Below, piece by piece: positions 62,080-64,000 of a DNA stretch of 64,000 nucleotides. The notes below the pieces were generated by a model. The model was not told the DNA's origin and ran no database searches. It saw nothing but the letters and a program-made list of their open reading frames with translations. Both the position numbers and the translations under genes were made by a program. Numbering within the stretch: the first letter of the stretch is position 1; the number at the start of each line of letters is the position of its first letter. The stretch is from Puccinia triticina (lineage: Eukaryota): positions 3,348,001 to 3,412,000 of the forward strand of contig CP110439.1 in NCBI GenBank assembly GCA_026914245.1, read 5' to 3'.

Positions 62080-62982
62080 GAGCATTTCCACCGCGGGCCC
62101 TAAATCGGGGCCCTAGTTGGAAATTTCAGGAGTTTACCGCCTCAACCCGACCCACTGCGGGCGCTATTTGCGTCGGAAATTTACGGCCGTCCCTAAATAT
62201 TGACCTTGAGTCCCTACGGGCCTACATGTAGGGACTCCAAGGGACTCACTAGGGACTCATCCATCCCCACCTCAACTCTCTTTCACACACCAAACTCCTT
62301 GTGAAACTACAGCTCACACCCCCGAATGTACAATCCCTTCACATGATGGCCAAGTCAGGCCGGCCATCAAGAGGTACTCCCCTCAATGGCCCGTTTGTTC
62401 CGGTCATCGAGAGGAGTACATTCTCCCCTCGATGGCCGGTTCCTTCCGGTCATCGAGAGGAGTACATACTCCCTTTGATGGCCGGTTCCTCCGGTCATCG
62501 AGAGGAGTACATACTCCCCTTGATGTCCGGTTCCTTTTGGTCATCAAGAGGATACTCCCCATGATGACCGGAACAAACTGGTCTGTTCTGATCATCGAGG
62601 GGAGTTGGCCGGTTTGTTCCAATTATCGAGGGGAGTATATACTCCCCACGATGACCGGAACAACCCGGATTGTTCCGACCTCATCAAGGGAGGTACATAT
62701 TTACTCCCCTTGATGGCTGGTTCGTTCCAGTTATTGAGAGGGGTATATACTCCGCACGATGACCGGAACGACCCGCTTTGTTCCGATCATCAACAAGAGA
62801 ACTCCCTTCGATAACCGGGTGGATTTGACGGGGGAGTGGACCGGGGGCGACGCATGCCTTTCATGACTTTTTACAGACTCTCGCGATGTATGCCGCAGCA
62901 GTTTGGGGCGCTAAAACTGGCTGCGCACTGCCAGAGATCAAATTTTAGCGCCCCGAAAATACCGCCCGCGGTGGAAATGCTC
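62080..62982. mobile_element. PIF/Harbinger non-autonomous element
   Basis: TIR GAGCATTTCCACCGCGGGC...GCCCGCGGTGGAAATGCTC; TSD TTA; internal palindromic minisatellite 62345-62820. Confidence 0.92.
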
Positions 62983-63096
62983 TTACACTAGGAGAGCCCG
63001 CAGAGGAGCCAACACCCTGGTCAATCACACGCGCCAAAGGGAGCAAAAACCAAATCTGGTCACTTACCATCGAGCTGGCAAGACATCTAACACGGC

Positions 63097-64000
63097 ATGG
63101 CGGGCACTGAAGACAATGAAGGACTACTAGGCTTCCAAGAATCCATCCTGAAAGAGCTGAACGAGAAGGATGGCCTGCTGATCCTTGCTCGTGGACTGGG
63201 TCTCCGGACGATCGTCTCGAGTTTCTTGAAAACCCATTGTGCTCGTTCTCATAGTCATAATCGTCCCTCTCTGGTCTTTGTCATCAATGCTACTGCCGAC
63301 GATGAGACCGGTATCAATGATCATCTCGGGATGCGCATGGCTTGTATAGGACACGAAATTGCTGCTTTGGAACGGTATGTACTTATCCTTCCTTATTACT
63401 TATCTTTTTCTCTCTGACTCGATTTCTCTCTGTTTTTTGTTTGGCGTCTTTAGAGAACGGATCTTTAAACTGGGTGGCGTCCTCTCTATCACTTCAAGAA
63501 TTTTGATCGTCGATATGCTCAACTCCAAAGTCGACATCTCTCAAATTACTGGAGTTGTCATCCTTCATGCTGAGCAGTAAGTCTTTCTTCGATTCCCCTT
63601 TTTTAAATATTTTTTGCAAGGTTCCTTTTCTTTGCAGATTCACTTATTCCTTTTTTTTGATAACAAAAAGGGTTTCGACGACTTCGATCGAAGCTTTCAT
63701 TCTTCGCGTCTTTCGAAAATCTAACACTGTCCGTATTCTGGTCCCCTTTTTTCTGTCCCTTCTTATTACCGTACGACGAAAAGCAAATGCATTCCCTATG
63801 TTGAAGGAACACTTCTCATTTTATTGACTTTGTTATTGAATTCCATTTTTTGTCAAAGAAAGGATTCATCAAAGCGTTCTCAGAAGAGCCCGAACATTTT
63901 ACTTTTGGATTTTCACCACTGCAGACCGTTTTGAGTCAACTGAAGCTTCGGAACGTTTTCCTATGGCCAAGGTGAGCAAAACCATGGTAATTCCCCCACC
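63097..64000 (+). CDS. ERCC4: DNA repair endonuclease XPF/Rad1/Rad16, 5' part (runs off the window)
   Basis: DGLLILARGLG; GGVLSITSRILIVDML; ITGVVILHAE; EAFILRVFR; GFIKAFSEEPE; LRNVFLWPR: the N-terminal helicase-like region of XPF, with GT-AG introns. Confidence 0.92.

Overview
Intron-rich eukaryotic DNA, most likely from a rust fungus (Pucciniales, Puccinia-like). This is inferred from intron style, transposon repertoire and TpCpG-biased decay, not from a database match. About two thirds of the window is deeply nested, mostly dead transposons whose ends and target-site duplications (TSDs) can be read directly. Nest 1 is hAT 5862-18846 > MULE with OTU domain 6194-15646 > foldback element 6583-8847 > solo LTR 7079-8118. 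Nest 2 is CMC-like 19005-26233 > solo LTR > hAT 20616-25077 > MITE. Nest 3 is a PIF/Harbinger 56362-61732 with several inserts. Host genes are an intact 5-exon secreted-protein gene missed by the ORF track (30056-30979, -), a hypothetical gene, ALDH7, an M1 aminopeptidase, NEDD8/RUB1, cyclophilin H and the 5' part of XPF/RAD1. The most unusual signals are four. Three related TGTGGT-starting solo LTRs all have 4-bp TSDs centred on CpG. One palindromic GATGACCGG-N5..8-CCGGTCATC minisatellite is carried by elements of three different DNA-transposon superfamilies. tRNA-like Pol III heads are embedded in several unrelated transposons. The MULE transposase is spliced in frame to an OTU protease domain. 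No database searches were possible; family names rest on motifs, termini and TSD lengths.
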